From contig NC_135661.1 of the NCBI RefSeq assembly GCF_964188315.1, positions 51,770,001-51,834,000 of the forward strand: a stretch of DNA of 64,000 nt, in the 5' to 3' direction. This DNA is from Podarcis muralis. Its lineage: Eukaryota. Under the pieces are notes generated by a model that saw only the letters and a list, made by a program, of their open reading frames with translations, did not search any database and was not told the origin of the DNA. A program made the position numbers and the translations under genes. Shown one piece after another: positions 26,500 to 38,660 of this stretch (positions are counted from its first letter, which is position 1; the number at the start of each line of letters is the position of its first letter).

Positions 26500-27462
26500 G
26501 TGAGTATATAACACAACATTAGTGAATTTTGTGTGTGTGTGCGTGCGCATGCATGTGTGTAATTGTATGCAATTTAATATAGAATGTTTTAAATATATAA
26601 ATAACAGAGCTACTAGCAATATATAATATAACTGCAAGTACTTGGCAATCATTTTTAATGATTTTAATGCAATTTCCCAACATTTTTTCACAATTTGTTT
26701 AATAACACAAGTTTAAGATTATTCCACAAAATTCTACAAAAATGCAAAAGTCAATATTATGTAGTTATTTACCAAAAAACCCTAAGTTATATTAATTTAA
26801 CCAAAATATCTTTTGAATTCTCAAGTCATGTTACAACTTTTCATCAGCCCTCATTTTGGGAATTGAAAAATTCAACACACCCTGCAACATTTCTCATCAG
26901 AAGCGACATTAGAAACTAGTGTAGAGCAACAGCCACTGTTTCTGCACATTCTAAGCTTTAGCTGCTTAGAATTATTGCAGTGTTTTCCCTTACCAAGGTG
27001 CTGCTTCTTACTTTCCCAGTGATTTTTAACCTGGTGGGTTTGCTATTCTTTCAGCAGGTGAAGGAGCCTTAAGTCTCCCCACCTCCAAGTGTAGCCTCTC
27101 TTTGCACTCCTTTTTTATGCAAGCCGTTCTGCAATAGCAGCAGCCACTAGTTATGAATTAATTATGAATGTGCCAAAACAACAATTTCCTTCTCTCCCCT
27201 ATTTCAGATTCCTCTTTGAAACCTACCTTTTCTATACAGTATTCATCTTTCTGGACTCTTTGCTAGCAGTTAAATCAAGGCAATTCTGTGTCAGTACTAT
27301 GCATAACTCAAATGTTGGGGATCTCGTGCATTGAGATACCTTTGGATTTTTAAAGGAAAACTAGTATGAAGGATTTTTACAGTCTGTGTTTTGCCTATCA
27401 TTAATTATTAGATTGCTTTTTTCAGTAATTTGATACTTCAACTAAAATCTTTCTCTTGATAG

Positions 27463-27518
27463 ATGGAAGGCCCCAGTGGGAGGTGGAAGGAAAAATAATT
27501 AGAGAAAGGAGTCAAGAG
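27463..27518 (+). CDS. NFATC3: NFATC3 exon 7 (56 nt; missed by the ORF track)
   Basis: ttgatag|AT acceptor and GAG|gtgagc donor. Encodes DGRPQWEVEGKIIRERSQE, and its phases match exons 6 and 8. Confidence 0.95.
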
Positions 27519-28855
27519 GTGAGCTTTCTTTTAAACGTGGGGAATTATTTTTAAATGTACTGTAGCCTTGTAAGCAGCTTGGCAGACACTTGAGCACAAT
27601 GTGGGTAGCCATAAATTTTCTCATTTTAGCAGAAAGGTTAAATGTTTAAGTATAACTGATCTACTTCATGGGTGTTTACATATCAGTAGGGGTGCAAAAA
27701 ATGTTTGCAGAATGTAGGAGCTAGCTAGTTTTTCTAGGAGTTGGCTTTGAGCATGGCAGTTAGACCAGAATTGGCCAGTAAGAGGAAGTTTTATGTTCTT
27801 TCTGCAAGGACTTCCCTGAAAGGTGGCAGACCCGACCTGGAATTCAGAATTTCTGATGCAGAGCCTTTCCTCCATTGAGTGCTGTGACTATCATGATTGC
27901 TCAGGAAGGGCTTATCTCAGTGGTAGTCATGCTTTGTGTGCAAAAGATTGCAGCTTTCAGTCTATGGCACCTCCAGGTGGGGGGTGAGAAAAATTCCATT
28001 ATGAAACCCTAGAGAGATACTGCCTGTCAGCTCTGTATTGTCTACATTGATCATGTAGGCCAAAGAGCTGTATCAGTAATGAGGGGAAAAGGCACCCACA
28101 TAATCTTATTGCTGCTTAATATGTTTGAGAACTGAGCTCTGGGTTTGAAAGAGCTCCTGAAGCTATATCCTGGGCAGGCCAGATTAATATTAAAAAGGTT
28201 TCTTTCTAGAGTACTATCTGGAAACAAGGAGAAAAAAAGATATTAAAACAGAGGAGGTGGAAAAGACTAAAAATGGGCGTCGGAGTAGTGGAAAGGAGTT
28301 GAGCCCAGGGGCTTGGGATGTAAAAGGAGCCAAAATGGTGTGAAGAAAAAAGGGGATAATAGATTTCCAACATACTACAGCAAATATAGCAGAAGTCCTA
28401 TATCTACCTTTTAGCCACAGAGAACCCAGCCATGACTAAGCAATTGAATTTGTGTGCCACTGACATGTCCAGTAGTCTAGATGTTTGGTTAGCAAATGAA
28501 AATTCTGGAATATACTTTACATAATTAAAACGTTAATATGGTAATTTGTCCTGCATCAAGGAACTGCATTATAAGAAATTTAAAATCACAGTTAGATTTT
28601 CTGTGACTTTTATTGATACAAAAGAAAGGGGATGGACAGATGGGGAGGTGGCCTATTGAACTTTCCCAGCGATGGCCATTCTTTAAAAACATGCCACCAC
28701 TTAAAAGTCTCTGCTTGGTAGCCTAACAAATAGTACAGTACTTTAGGGGAGAAAGCATATGCTTTGCCAGCTGATCTTGGAGAGGACGAGGCTTATTTAG
28801 GGGAAGATGTTTGCTCTTGCTTTTAATATGCAAATTTCATTCATTTTTCATTCAG

Positions 28856-28982
28856 GCTACAATTGTTCTTGAAGTTCCTCCATACCACAACAAAACAGTT
28901 ACAGCTACTGTCCAGGTGCAGTTCTATGTTTGCAATGGCAAGAGGAAAAAAAGTCAGTCTCAGCGTTTTACTTACACTCCAG
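28856..28982 (+). CDS. NFATC3: NFATC3 exon 8
   Basis: ttcag|GCT acceptor and G|gtacat donor. Encodes [42 protein letters not shown]. Confidence 0.97.
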
Positions 28983-30145
28983 GTACATGCATACCTTCTT
29001 TCTAGTATAAATCATGGGTGAAATTCAAAACGTTCTTTGTTTCAAATTTCAGTAGCACTTAACCTGGATTTGGGGTACCTGTTTTTTAAAAATTATTTTT
29101 GCAATTATATTTGGCTATGGCTATTAAAGTGCCTAAATTGGATCTTGATGTTTTGTACAACACTGTAATTCTTGGCAGCTGATAAAAGGTTGAGAAGTGC
29201 ATCCAGCGGTATTCTGAAAGCATTAATTGTAGCTCTTGACCCAAGATCAGGGGAGAAACTGTTTACCTTTTGAGCTTGAAGGTTAGAAACAGGAAAAACC
29301 CTTCAACATGCAGAATAAATGTGAATGTCAATGCTGGGTGGAAAATACAGTATTTTCACTTTATACACATCTCTCCCACTCTTGACAATCTGTCTCAAAC
29401 CAACCATATACAGCTTACTCAGATGTATATAGTATTACTGTCTTGAGTTAAACATATCAAGATGTCTAAAACAATAGTAATGGTACACACATTTTGTAAA
29501 ATTATGCCATCTCACTACACACAGAGATTATTAATTTTGAAAGCAAAATTTGTTCATATTATCATGACTGTTTACGTAAAATAAACAAGCTATGCCATAA
29601 AATGACAGTCAGACTGATTCAAAAATAATGCTTCCTACACTGAATTTTGACTTTGCATACTGAAATGGGTCTCAGCTTTTTAATTTTTGCATAAAGTGCT
29701 TGTAAAAAGTTCTTCATTCTTCACAATTTCCAGTGCTTATAATGTGAAAATCTTTAGGTAATGTAAACCTATATGATCAATAGTTGTGTATATTTCATTC
29801 ACTACTTTCAGCAAAGATTGACTCTCAAAGCAGCTTACAATTAAAATCTATACAAAGACAGCAGAGTTAGATATATGTGGGTTATTATAGCCAAGGAGAG
29901 GAGGGCACAATATTTTCTGGTTCTTGCAGTTGGTAGCAGTTCAGGTCCCAGGCTTTTCTTTCTGACTTCTAACAGCACAATTAATTCTATTATAGTTAAG
30001 TGTGGCATAGATTCCATCTTCAATATGGGACCTGGTGCATGCAATCTCTAACATGTACCTTAATAAAGATATATATTGCTTACCGTGGCTGGGAATGACA
30101 TCTGCATGAAACTCACATGGCTTCTTTTGGTCAGGATCGATTATA

Positions 30146-30386
30146 CAGTGGTACCTCAGTTTACGAACTTAACCTGTTCCTGAAGTCTGTTCTTAAACCA
30201 AATCCATTCTTAAACCGAGGCGCACTTTCCCTAATGAGACCTCCCGCCGCCGGTGCCCTTCCACCGTTTGGCTTCCGTTCATAGACCGAGGTAAAGTTCG
30301 CAAACTGGAACACTACTTCCACTTTTGTGGAGTTCATAAACTGAATAGTTCCTAAACAGGACTGTTTGTAAACCGAAGTACCACTG
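30146..30386. mobile_element. Tigger-like MITE, related family
   Basis: TA|CAGTGGTACCTCAGTTTAC...GTAAACCGAAGTACCACTG|TA. Confidence 0.8.
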
Positions 30387-30506
30387 TATGGTGATATGCA
30401 TGGCCTTGTACTGACTTGGGATAAGGTTGCATCTTATGTGACCAAGTTCTGATGTCCGTCATTTTATCTGTGAATTTAGTAAATAGTTGGTTTTCTTATT
30501 TCACAG

Positions 30507-31568
30507 TTGTACTAAAGCAAGAGAACAGAGATGAAATGGATTTGTCTTCAGTTCCATCATTGTCCTTGACTCGTTGTACAGGTGTCAAAGGACTCTCTTC
30601 TCTCCAAACTCAGCTGCCTTCACCAGATCCAGGGCTCTCGCATGATAGTTTACTTTCTACTTCACCTAGGAGCCTTGTATGCCCAGTTCAGCAGACGTAC
30701 ACATCCATGGCATCCTCACCAGTATCTCAGTTGCCACACATCCAGAATAGAAGCATTAGTCCAGGTGAAGAGCATCATGTTTTGTCTCCAGCTGTAGTCC
30801 ACCAATCTTTTCAGGTAACATCAGCACCTTCTGCGAGGCCTTCCTACCAGCCTATGCAATCTAATGTTATGTTTAATGGACAGACTGGTCTTCCCATGAA
30901 CTCTGCTTCCTCCAGCCAAGGATATGATGCAATTTCCTTTCAACAAGATGCAGCTGTACCTCCATTGATAAACCTTAGCTGCCAATCTCTACCAACAATG
31001 CCCTATCTTTCTTCAAGTCCAGTTTCAGTGTCAACTTCAGCTGCAACAGGAGGGCATCCTTCAGTCCACCCAACTCAATCAAGACAATCGTCACCTCATT
31101 TGCAGTCAATGGGATACCATTGTCCAAATCCTCTGCAAAGTTCTGTCTCTTCCACAATGACTCAGTCCCTGGGACACCCTTCCACACAGTTGCAACAAGT
31201 TACTTACCATTCTTCAAATCCAGGTAACACTTCATCGCCATCCCCAAAACCTTCTCATTCATTGGGCCATTCACCACGATCTGGGCCATCTTCTCCACAA
31301 TTGCAGCCTATGCCTTACCAGACTCCTAGCTCAGGACCCGCTTCATCTCCTCCTCCAACTGCTGTTGGTCACTCTGGACAACAGTCCCCACAGGCACACA
31401 GCCCAGGCTTGGGTGGAATTCCTGCAGCTTCATCTTTGATGCATCATAACATATGTGACTCATCTCCATTTTCACCAGAGGAATCAGCTGTTAACATTAA
31501 ACCTGAACCTGAAGATCGAGAGTTGAATTTTCAGACAATAGGGTTGCAAGACATCACTTTGGATGATG
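30507..31568 (+). CDS. NFATC3: NFATC3 exon 9 (S/P/Q-rich C-terminal region)
   Basis: tcacag|TT acceptor and G|gtaagt donor. Encodes VLKQENRDEMDLSSVP...IKPEPEDRELNFQTIGLQDITLDD. Confidence 0.96.
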
Positions 31569-31849
31569 GTAAGTGATGTTATAAGTGTAAGGTTGAATGC
31601 GTTTTTGCTTTTTTTAAAAAAGCAGTATATTGAAAAAGAAAAGGGGGGAAAACAGTATAATAAAGGATTACATTTGGAGAGCCTGATACATACACATGAC
31701 CTGGTTGTTGGCTTTCCTGTTTGTTGTAATATTGGTTGCAGGTATGCAACTGGGGAATGAGTGCTTGAGCATTTCATATATAATAATGCCTCTCTAAACA
31801 TGACTTTGTGTCATACTTTGAATGCAAAACAGGTAGTTGAAGAAAGCAT

Positions 31850-32040
31850 TGCTTGCTCCATGTGACAGCCCTTTAGATATTTGGAGATGACTATCGTATC
31901 TCCTCTCAATCTTTTTACCAGGCTAAACATACTCAATTCCCTCAACCAGGCCTCATAAGGCTTGGTTTCCAGACCCTTGATCATCTTGGTCACCCTCCTC
32001 TGCATACAGTCCAGCTTGTCAATATCCTTCTTAAACAGTT
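31850..32040 (-). mobile_element. CR1 LINE ORF2 C-terminal fragment
   Basis: FKKDIDKLDCMQRRVTKMIKGLETKPYEAWLRELSMFSLVKRLRGD...KYLKGCH is a typical CR1 RT C-terminus. Confidence 0.85.
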
Positions 32041-33617
32041 CATAGAAATAATTGATAGAAGACACTCCTAAATATTTGCAAAGCACAAACAATTTTTGAC
32101 AACTGACTGAGTGTCCAAAGTGCATAACTTGCATCCACTGGTCAAGGATGCTCAAGTCTCCTGGAATTATAAAAATATAATTATTTTAAAAAAATAATTA
32201 TATAAAAGAGTCCAAATAGTGGAATGAGTAGCACAATTACTTAGATTTTGAAAAGATTTCAAGATACTTGAGAATTTTTATATGAAATGTTCCTGTTTTA
32301 GTGTAACAATATGCAATCATTGTTAACTGGTCTGAGGTTATGTTAACCTTGATTTATGTTCAATATCAGATTATGGTTACCTTTTGCTAATCTGCTTTCA
32401 TTTCCTTATCCTTTGTATCTCCCATTACATAAAGCTGTGGATTACAAAAGCAAGGAATAAGGCTCTGTATTTAGGAGTTTGCTTTGGAACTAGACTATAA
32501 GGAGGGCTCATTACTTCACTTTCCCTATGAGCAGTATTCTTGGTATAACACTTGAAAAGGATGTTGCCTGATTAGTAAAACCTACACGTCCTGAAGAAGT
32601 CTTCATCCAAAATGTGTTGGGCTTTGCAGTATTTTATATCATTTGATAAAGTTAGATTTTAAGCACCATTTTGAATTTACTTTGTTGCCATTTTATTTCT
32701 GTGCCTTTTGCTTTTGGTGTTGTGTCCCGCCCCCCCTTCGGTATTTCAGAATAGCTGAGATGACTCGAATACAAGCCCACCTTCATTAAGAGGGAAACAT
32801 GAATTACCTCTTTTCAGTTACAGTAAGCCTGCTACTTACGCACATTTAACTTGTGCGCATTCAGCTTTATGTGCTTGGCAAAAAAGTTTTTGTTGTTTTT
32901 TTTTTGAAAGGTAGCTGGTGTCCAGGGAAAAAGACTTTAGCAATCCCACCTGCCATAGAACCCATATTTTTTTACTATACTGTATGTGATTTTGGCTTTA
33001 GGTGCAATCCCTTGAACATAACTGTCACATAAGTTGTGGGCTTAAAGTGTTTTGGATACTGTCCTGCTGCTGCTGGTTAGGTGACTAGAAGACATTTTGA
33101 GGTAGCTCAAGTGTGACTCCAGTTGCTCATCTTGTAACTTGAGATTCTTGGTTTTAAAGGCTCTGGGGTTCAGGAGCAGCACAGTTCCCTGGAACTCTAA
33201 AAACCAGGCAGTTCTGTGTAAATTAGGTTTAGGGTCTTGAACTTATAAGAAGATAGTAAGTTTCCCCAAAATTTACTTAAATTTCAAGTGAAAAACCTTC
33301 TGTTACACAATACAGTAATAACCTTTCCAAATTAAAATTGTTCTTCAGGAGCTCTGTTCCAACCTATGGGCATAGAAAAATAATTTGAGTATCAGATGGA
33401 GATGTCATAAGTTCCTAACAAAAGCATTTAATTCCAGAATAACATGTAATTAGTAATGATACAGTGGAGCTCCTTTTCAAGTGTACATAAATGAAAAATT
33501 TGGAGAACTCAATATGGTGGCCACCTAGTATAACTGATAATTCTAAGGAATTGCATTAAATAGCTTAATGGAGTGATCCGCTTCTGCTTCTTGTGTTGCC
33601 TGGGCACAGTTTTAGTA

Positions 33618-33859
33618 CAGAGGTACCTCGGGTTACATACGCTTCAGGTTACATATGCTTCAGGTTACAGACTCCGCTAACCCAGAAATAGTGCTTCAGG
33701 TTAAGAACTTTGCTTCAGGAGGAGAACAGAAATCGTGCTCTGGCGGCATGGCAGCAGCAGGAGGCCCCATTAGCTAAAGTGGTACTTCAGGTTAAGAACA
33801 GTTTCAGGTTAAGTACGGACCTCTGGAACGAATTAAGTACTTAACCCGAGGTACCACTG
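33618..33859. mobile_element. Tigger-like MITE (inverted relative to 8901-9126)
   Basis: TA|CAGAGGTACCTCGGGTTA...TAACCCGAGGTACCACTG|TA. The interior is the reverse complement of the 8901 copy plus a 16-nt tandem duplication. Confidence 0.82.
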
Positions 33860-35403
33860 TACTTCTCAAATTTAAGGTTTATTTGCCATGTCATTTGTTA
33901 CATTCTTACTAGTTTGGAGTTTTTATCACATTAGAACCCAAATGTGGTGGTGCAGTCTTGTCTGTTCCTAATTCAGAAGCAACATAACCTAAGGATCTGC
34001 TTTCTACAGTTCGTACCTTTCTTCCCTGAAACGTTTGTTTCCTATTCCACTTACTTAAAAATACCACAATTTATCTTGTTTGTTTGCTTTTAAATATTAG
34101 ATCATAGAATTATACTTCTTGAAATCCAAAACTTTAGCCATTTCTAAACTAGGATTACTGGCACATTCATGACTCAGTTGTATTGCGATTCACTTGTATC
34201 TGAGCAGAGGTTCTACGGTTTGCAGATAGGTTAATGCAGCCTGCCAATAGACTCTTACTTTAAAGATCAAAAGGCAAAGCAGATCGTTCCAGCAACTTTA
34301 TCAAGTGTCACTTGTCACCTGTTCTGCTTACAACTATACAGCCTCAAAATAATTTCCAAATGGTCAGCAGGTAATCAAGTAGTCCAGAATGCCAAGTTCT
34401 CAAGCTACATGTAAACAGGATTCCTTTTTTGCTCTCCTCCACTCTGGAGTATCTTATATAAAATACATACTGCCTAGAAGTTTATAAAACTGAGAGTAAT
34501 TCTATAAACCCAACAGCTCATAAAATACTAAGAAACACATAATTCCTTCTTCCTGGTACTTCTACTACTGGCACAATTTTATCAGATGAACATGCTTTTT
34601 CAGGGACTACTGGCCCTTTCCTTGCACACAACAACTCTTCTAACAGTGCTTTTAGGAATAAATCCAATAGATATTAAAGGCACTTATTCCCTGGTAAATA
34701 TATGGAGGATTCCAGTCAACAGGATGTCAGGGTTATAGATTATTCACTACTGATTTTATCCCACAGCATGAAAAAAGCCATAGTTTTTCCTTAATATTGG
34801 TATCAGTGTTGGCATCACTGTTGTAAGCATTTGTTAAGAATAAATGTCACTTAAGGCAAATATTTGAAGGCTCAAATGAAGAGAAACACCAGTAACGTGC
34901 ATAGAACTATAACACCTCCTGTGTTGTTTATCCAGTATTTAGTCTAGGTTGTCTCCTATTAGGCCATACAGAAATCAATGAACATTACTAACTTAAGTCC
35001 ACTGATTTTGACTTAGTTGGATACAAACCACATTCATCTGAAAAGTCAAAGCCAAATGTGGATCTCTTAGGGAAACTTTTTATGGTCTTAGAGAGGAATA
35101 AAGTGTTAAATAACTAAAGATGTGAAACTGTGCAGAAACATATTCCAGTTAGCTCCCCAAATTGAATAAATGTGGCAAACGTGTGTGCTGCAGACTTTGA
35201 AACCTTTAGCTGCTGGCTGTAAGATATCCCTAGCTGGTTTAGCTGCTGAGATGTTTTGGATGCGTTTTAAGCTCATAATTTTAAACTGTCTAGACCAAGA
35301 GACCAGATGGGAGTATTGGTGGGAAGGAGGTATAAGAAGAAGGTAGTCCTATAATAGTGGTACATAAGTGTTACTGTGTGACAGAGGAGGCAGGCTGGAA
35401 TGT

Positions 35404-35548
35404 AGGAAGCTGGCTTATGCAGTGTCAGGCCATTGGCCCATCTAGCTCAGTCAGAGGACATTTCTAGTTCTATCTGGAGATGCCAGGGATTGAATCTAGG
35501 ACTTTCTGCATTCAAAGTAGTTAGTTGCTCTACCACTGAGCTATGGTC
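35404..35548 (-). mobile_element. tRNA-derived squamate SINE
   Basis: Reverse-complemented tRNA-like A/B boxes (ggattgaatctaggac...ctaccactgagcta). Related copies at ~27905-28075 (+), ~51922-52082 (-) and ~56030-56180 (-). Confidence 0.6.
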
Positions 35549-36127
35549 CTTACTTACCCTTGAGAATAGGGAATGAATATTTGCAGATAACCTTTGTTTT
35601 TAATCTAATTACAATTTGAAACAGATTGTGTTCACTTCTTTGTTTCATAAACATAACCTAGGTTCTCACCGCAGTCAATTTCAGTATGCAGTCAATTTCA
35701 GTATCAACAGAAAAATTAACTGAACACTTAGCAGTAAATGTCTGGCTATCCCAGAGTTAAGAACGATACTATGTATAATTCTAGAAGGCAGAAGCAGTCT
35801 AATTCCAAATAATGTTTATTCCTCTGTGTTCTGATGTTTAATAGAAACATGCAGATGCAGCCATTGACTTGAACAGCAGTGTGTTCAATAGCTTGCAGTG
35901 CATATAAGGACAGTGTTGTCATTTGTAGTATGATAGGATTGACAGTGGATTTTACTGTATTTTATTTCTGTACTAAGGCATTATTTGAATCAGCATCAAA
36001 ATCACATATTTAAAAGAATAAAAGTGCAATACATGTAGTCCCCTGTCCTGTTACCAGTAGACTGACTTGTCAACTAATCAGCTTCTAACTTTAGAAATGT
36101 GGCAGTATGTTCCAAGTCTCTTAGAAT

Positions 36128-36200
36128 AATAGAATCATAGAACTATAGTTGGAAGGCATCCCAAGGGTCATCTAGTCCAACCCCATGCAATGCAGGAATC
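36128..36200 (-). mobile_element. CR1 3' terminal fragment
   Basis: agaatcatagaactatagttggaagg...gtcatctagtccaaccccatgcaatgcaggaat is the reverse complement of the CR1 3' end. Similar plus-strand ends occur at ~49540-49602 and ~62605-62690. Confidence 0.7.
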
Positions 36201-37974
36201 CTGGCTACATCCCTACGTGTACTCAAACCACCAACTTTCTCGCCAAATGCACTGACCCATTGAGCCACCCGAGGACCTTTGGCATAGTAAATTATTAGTT
36301 TCCGTTATGATGGAAAGATTTTGGCAGCATACATTCAAACCATTCAAAATTTAATTATTTATTGTAAGCTCTGCATGTGACATTCCTCAGTACTTTCAAT
36401 TTTATTAAAGTTTGTAGGCTGTTAAACATTGTGCTTCTTTAATTCTTTGCCCATGCTGACTTTGTGTGTAGTCCCAAAACAACTTCCTGGCCAGGCTGCA
36501 GAGTGTGTGGCTAAGAAAAGTGACCAACTCAGCCCCAAAATACTGGCCAACTGGGGGCAGGAGTAAGGATAATGATAGAGGGAGAAAAAGAGACTTTGTC
36601 ATCATTTTCTTCACCAATCTCAGTCCTGCCTGTGAATTTTTACAGGCACTTATATTACTACTATTCTAATTTATTAAATGTATTTACCACCCTTTAGCCG
36701 AGGATCACAGGGCAGTTTATAGTATAAAAACACAAAATGCATAATATGAAAAACAACACTACCTCCATACATAAAACATTGATTTCTCCCTTTAGCGGTA
36801 AGCATTAACTCTGCATTTCCACATTTTAAAATTAAGCTGCTGCTGCTATGAGATTGCAAGTTTCTCAAAGAAACCGGGAAGAAGAAAATAATTCCTCTGT
36901 CTGTTTCTGGACATGTTGGGACTTTGAGCGCAGGACTAGGATAACCCTGCAAAATTTATTTATTTTCAAGGTGATTTAACTAACTCAGAAGCAGTATGGA
37001 AAATAATTACCTCATGGGCCCACTACGCTATAGAAAAGGAACTGCAAGGAGAATCAATCTGTATTAAATCATGTTCTTGACAAATTCAAACATTACTTTT
37101 TAAAAACAAACTCGAGGTTGTTAGCCCTCGGGGCTCTTTGAAGGCATCTTAGCAGAACTGCTAGGTATTGCCAAAATTGCTTGGAAGCAATGACAAGTAG
37201 ACAGGGAAGAGCTTTTAGGGTAGGGAATGTGATAGCACGTGCTGCAGCTGAGAACAAATCCATTGAAGCTCAAGCATAGCTTAGACTACTGGAGCATTGT
37301 CTGTATCTATTTTAAGAGTTCTGTTTTCCAGAGTGCCTCACTGTGTGCTCTTCTGCATCTGATGGCTGATGCCCACTGACACATCTGGCAGTGTAGCTGG
37401 AGAGGGGGGTTGCCGCCAATTGAGAGTATTGCTGAGTTGCATATTTGTTTTGCATTAGCTGTAGAAGAGAAAGCTAGCTAGTGCAAGACACGTTGTCTGA
37501 AGCAGGGGCCCCCATATGTTTTTGCACTCCCATCAGTCTCACTGTCAGGGACTGGCTAGACACTAAGGAGTGGTGGCTGTATACTGATGAGTGGGCACCT
37601 GGAGAAGGGACCAGTGGAATGGCGGAGCCTGTAACAGTCGGGACAGGCAGGAGAGCAGCAGGATTGACGAGTGAAGAACCAGATGAAGGAGGAGGGAAAC
37701 ATAGGTCAGGCTGGTGTAGTCAAGGGCTTTCCACACCTCCTCCCCCTACCCCTACCCCCACCTCTCCTGCTCCACTGTCTCGCAGGACCAGAAGTGGATT
37801 GAAGTGGGATTGAAGTATGACTTTTGTATAAGATTAACTCCATGCCTCTTATTTAGAAATTAAGGCATACCACATGACATAAGTTTCTGAATTCATGCAT
37901 TGTTTACACCTACACATCCACTGTCAAAAATTAAACAAAAATTAAAGAAGACAGCTTGTTTCCAGTTGCATGCA

Positions 37975-38127
37975 GCTTCTGCAGCCAACCGGAAGCCACG
38001 GAACGTGCGTCAGACATTCAGGTTCTAAAGAACATTCGCAAACCGGAACACTCACTTCTGGGTTTGTGGCGTTCGGGAGCCAAAATGTTCGACTCACAAG
38101 GCGTTCGCAAACCAAGGTACAACCGTA
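37975..38127. mobile_element. Truncated Tigger-like MITE
   Basis: CpG-rich block ending ...gttcgcaaaccaaggtacaaccgta, a degenerate version of the TIR above. The left TIR was not found. Confidence 0.5.
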
Positions 38128-38535
38128 TTCCAACCAAAAGACAAAAAAAGACTGCTTTGATTCAGAGTGCATCAGAACGTTTTTGTAATGCATGCCTCAG
38201 TCCTGAAAATGTGACGTAATGATCTTTACTCGTGTGCAAAGCACATCACATTGCTCTGTGAATCTTTGAAAAATGGGATAGGAAATGTCTGACATTCTAA
38301 CTTTCAAAAAAGCATGATCTCTCCAGCCCCTTTGTATTGTTTAAAAGCTTAGTTTCATCCTGCATACGTTCTTTTCAATGATATTATAGAGATTTTTAAA
38401 CCTGTTCAGCTTTAACTGTGTTTAATATGAAATTATATAAATATCATCCAGAATGGAGTTTGGAAAATGTACCACTCAGAAAACAATATTTATGAAAACT
38501 GAACAAATACATTAATCCTTTCTCTTTCCTTTCAG

Positions 38536-38660
38536 TGAATGAAATCATAGGAAGAGATATGTCACAGATCTCGGTGTCCCATGGAGCAGGGGTGGCTATC
38601 CATTCTTCGCATGCATCTTCTGCATCTCTGGAGACAGGACTATCAGATGGAGCTCAGTAG
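38536..38660 (+). CDS. NFATC3: NFATC3 exon 10 coding part (last coding exon, stop TAG at 38658-38660)
   Basis: ctttcag|TG acceptor. Encodes VNEIIGRDMSQISVSHGAGVAIHSSHASSASLETGLSDGAQ*, matching the NFATx1-type C-terminus. Confidence 0.95.

Larger units (their letters stand above)
5162..38660 (+). other. NFATC3: NFATC3 gene, coding span of exons 2-10 (exon 1 is upstream of the window)
   Basis: Nine exons (1123, 163, 200, 173, 141, 56, 127, 1062 and 125 nt coding) with GT-AG introns splice into one open frame. Their total of 3170 nt needs a phase-1 upstream exon, as in NFATC3. The product has the PxIxIT motif (PSIQIT), SP repeats, the KRR NLS, the LxVP motif, the Rel homology domain (RAHYETEG) and the C-terminal LDDVNEII motif. 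Confidence 0.97.

Noticed and set aside
34543-34740. Open frame ...TILSDEHAFSG...IWRI with faint resemblance to the recalled human NFATx2 tail (FISDLEHQPSG...FWRI)
   Set aside because: No in-frame AG acceptor with a pyrimidine tract upstream, and the similarity is too low to separate from chance.
37455-37810. 110-aa ORF MQDTLSEAG... in NFATC3 intron 9
   Set aside because: Low-complexity, repeat-like (possibly LTR-derived) sequence with no protein homology recognised.
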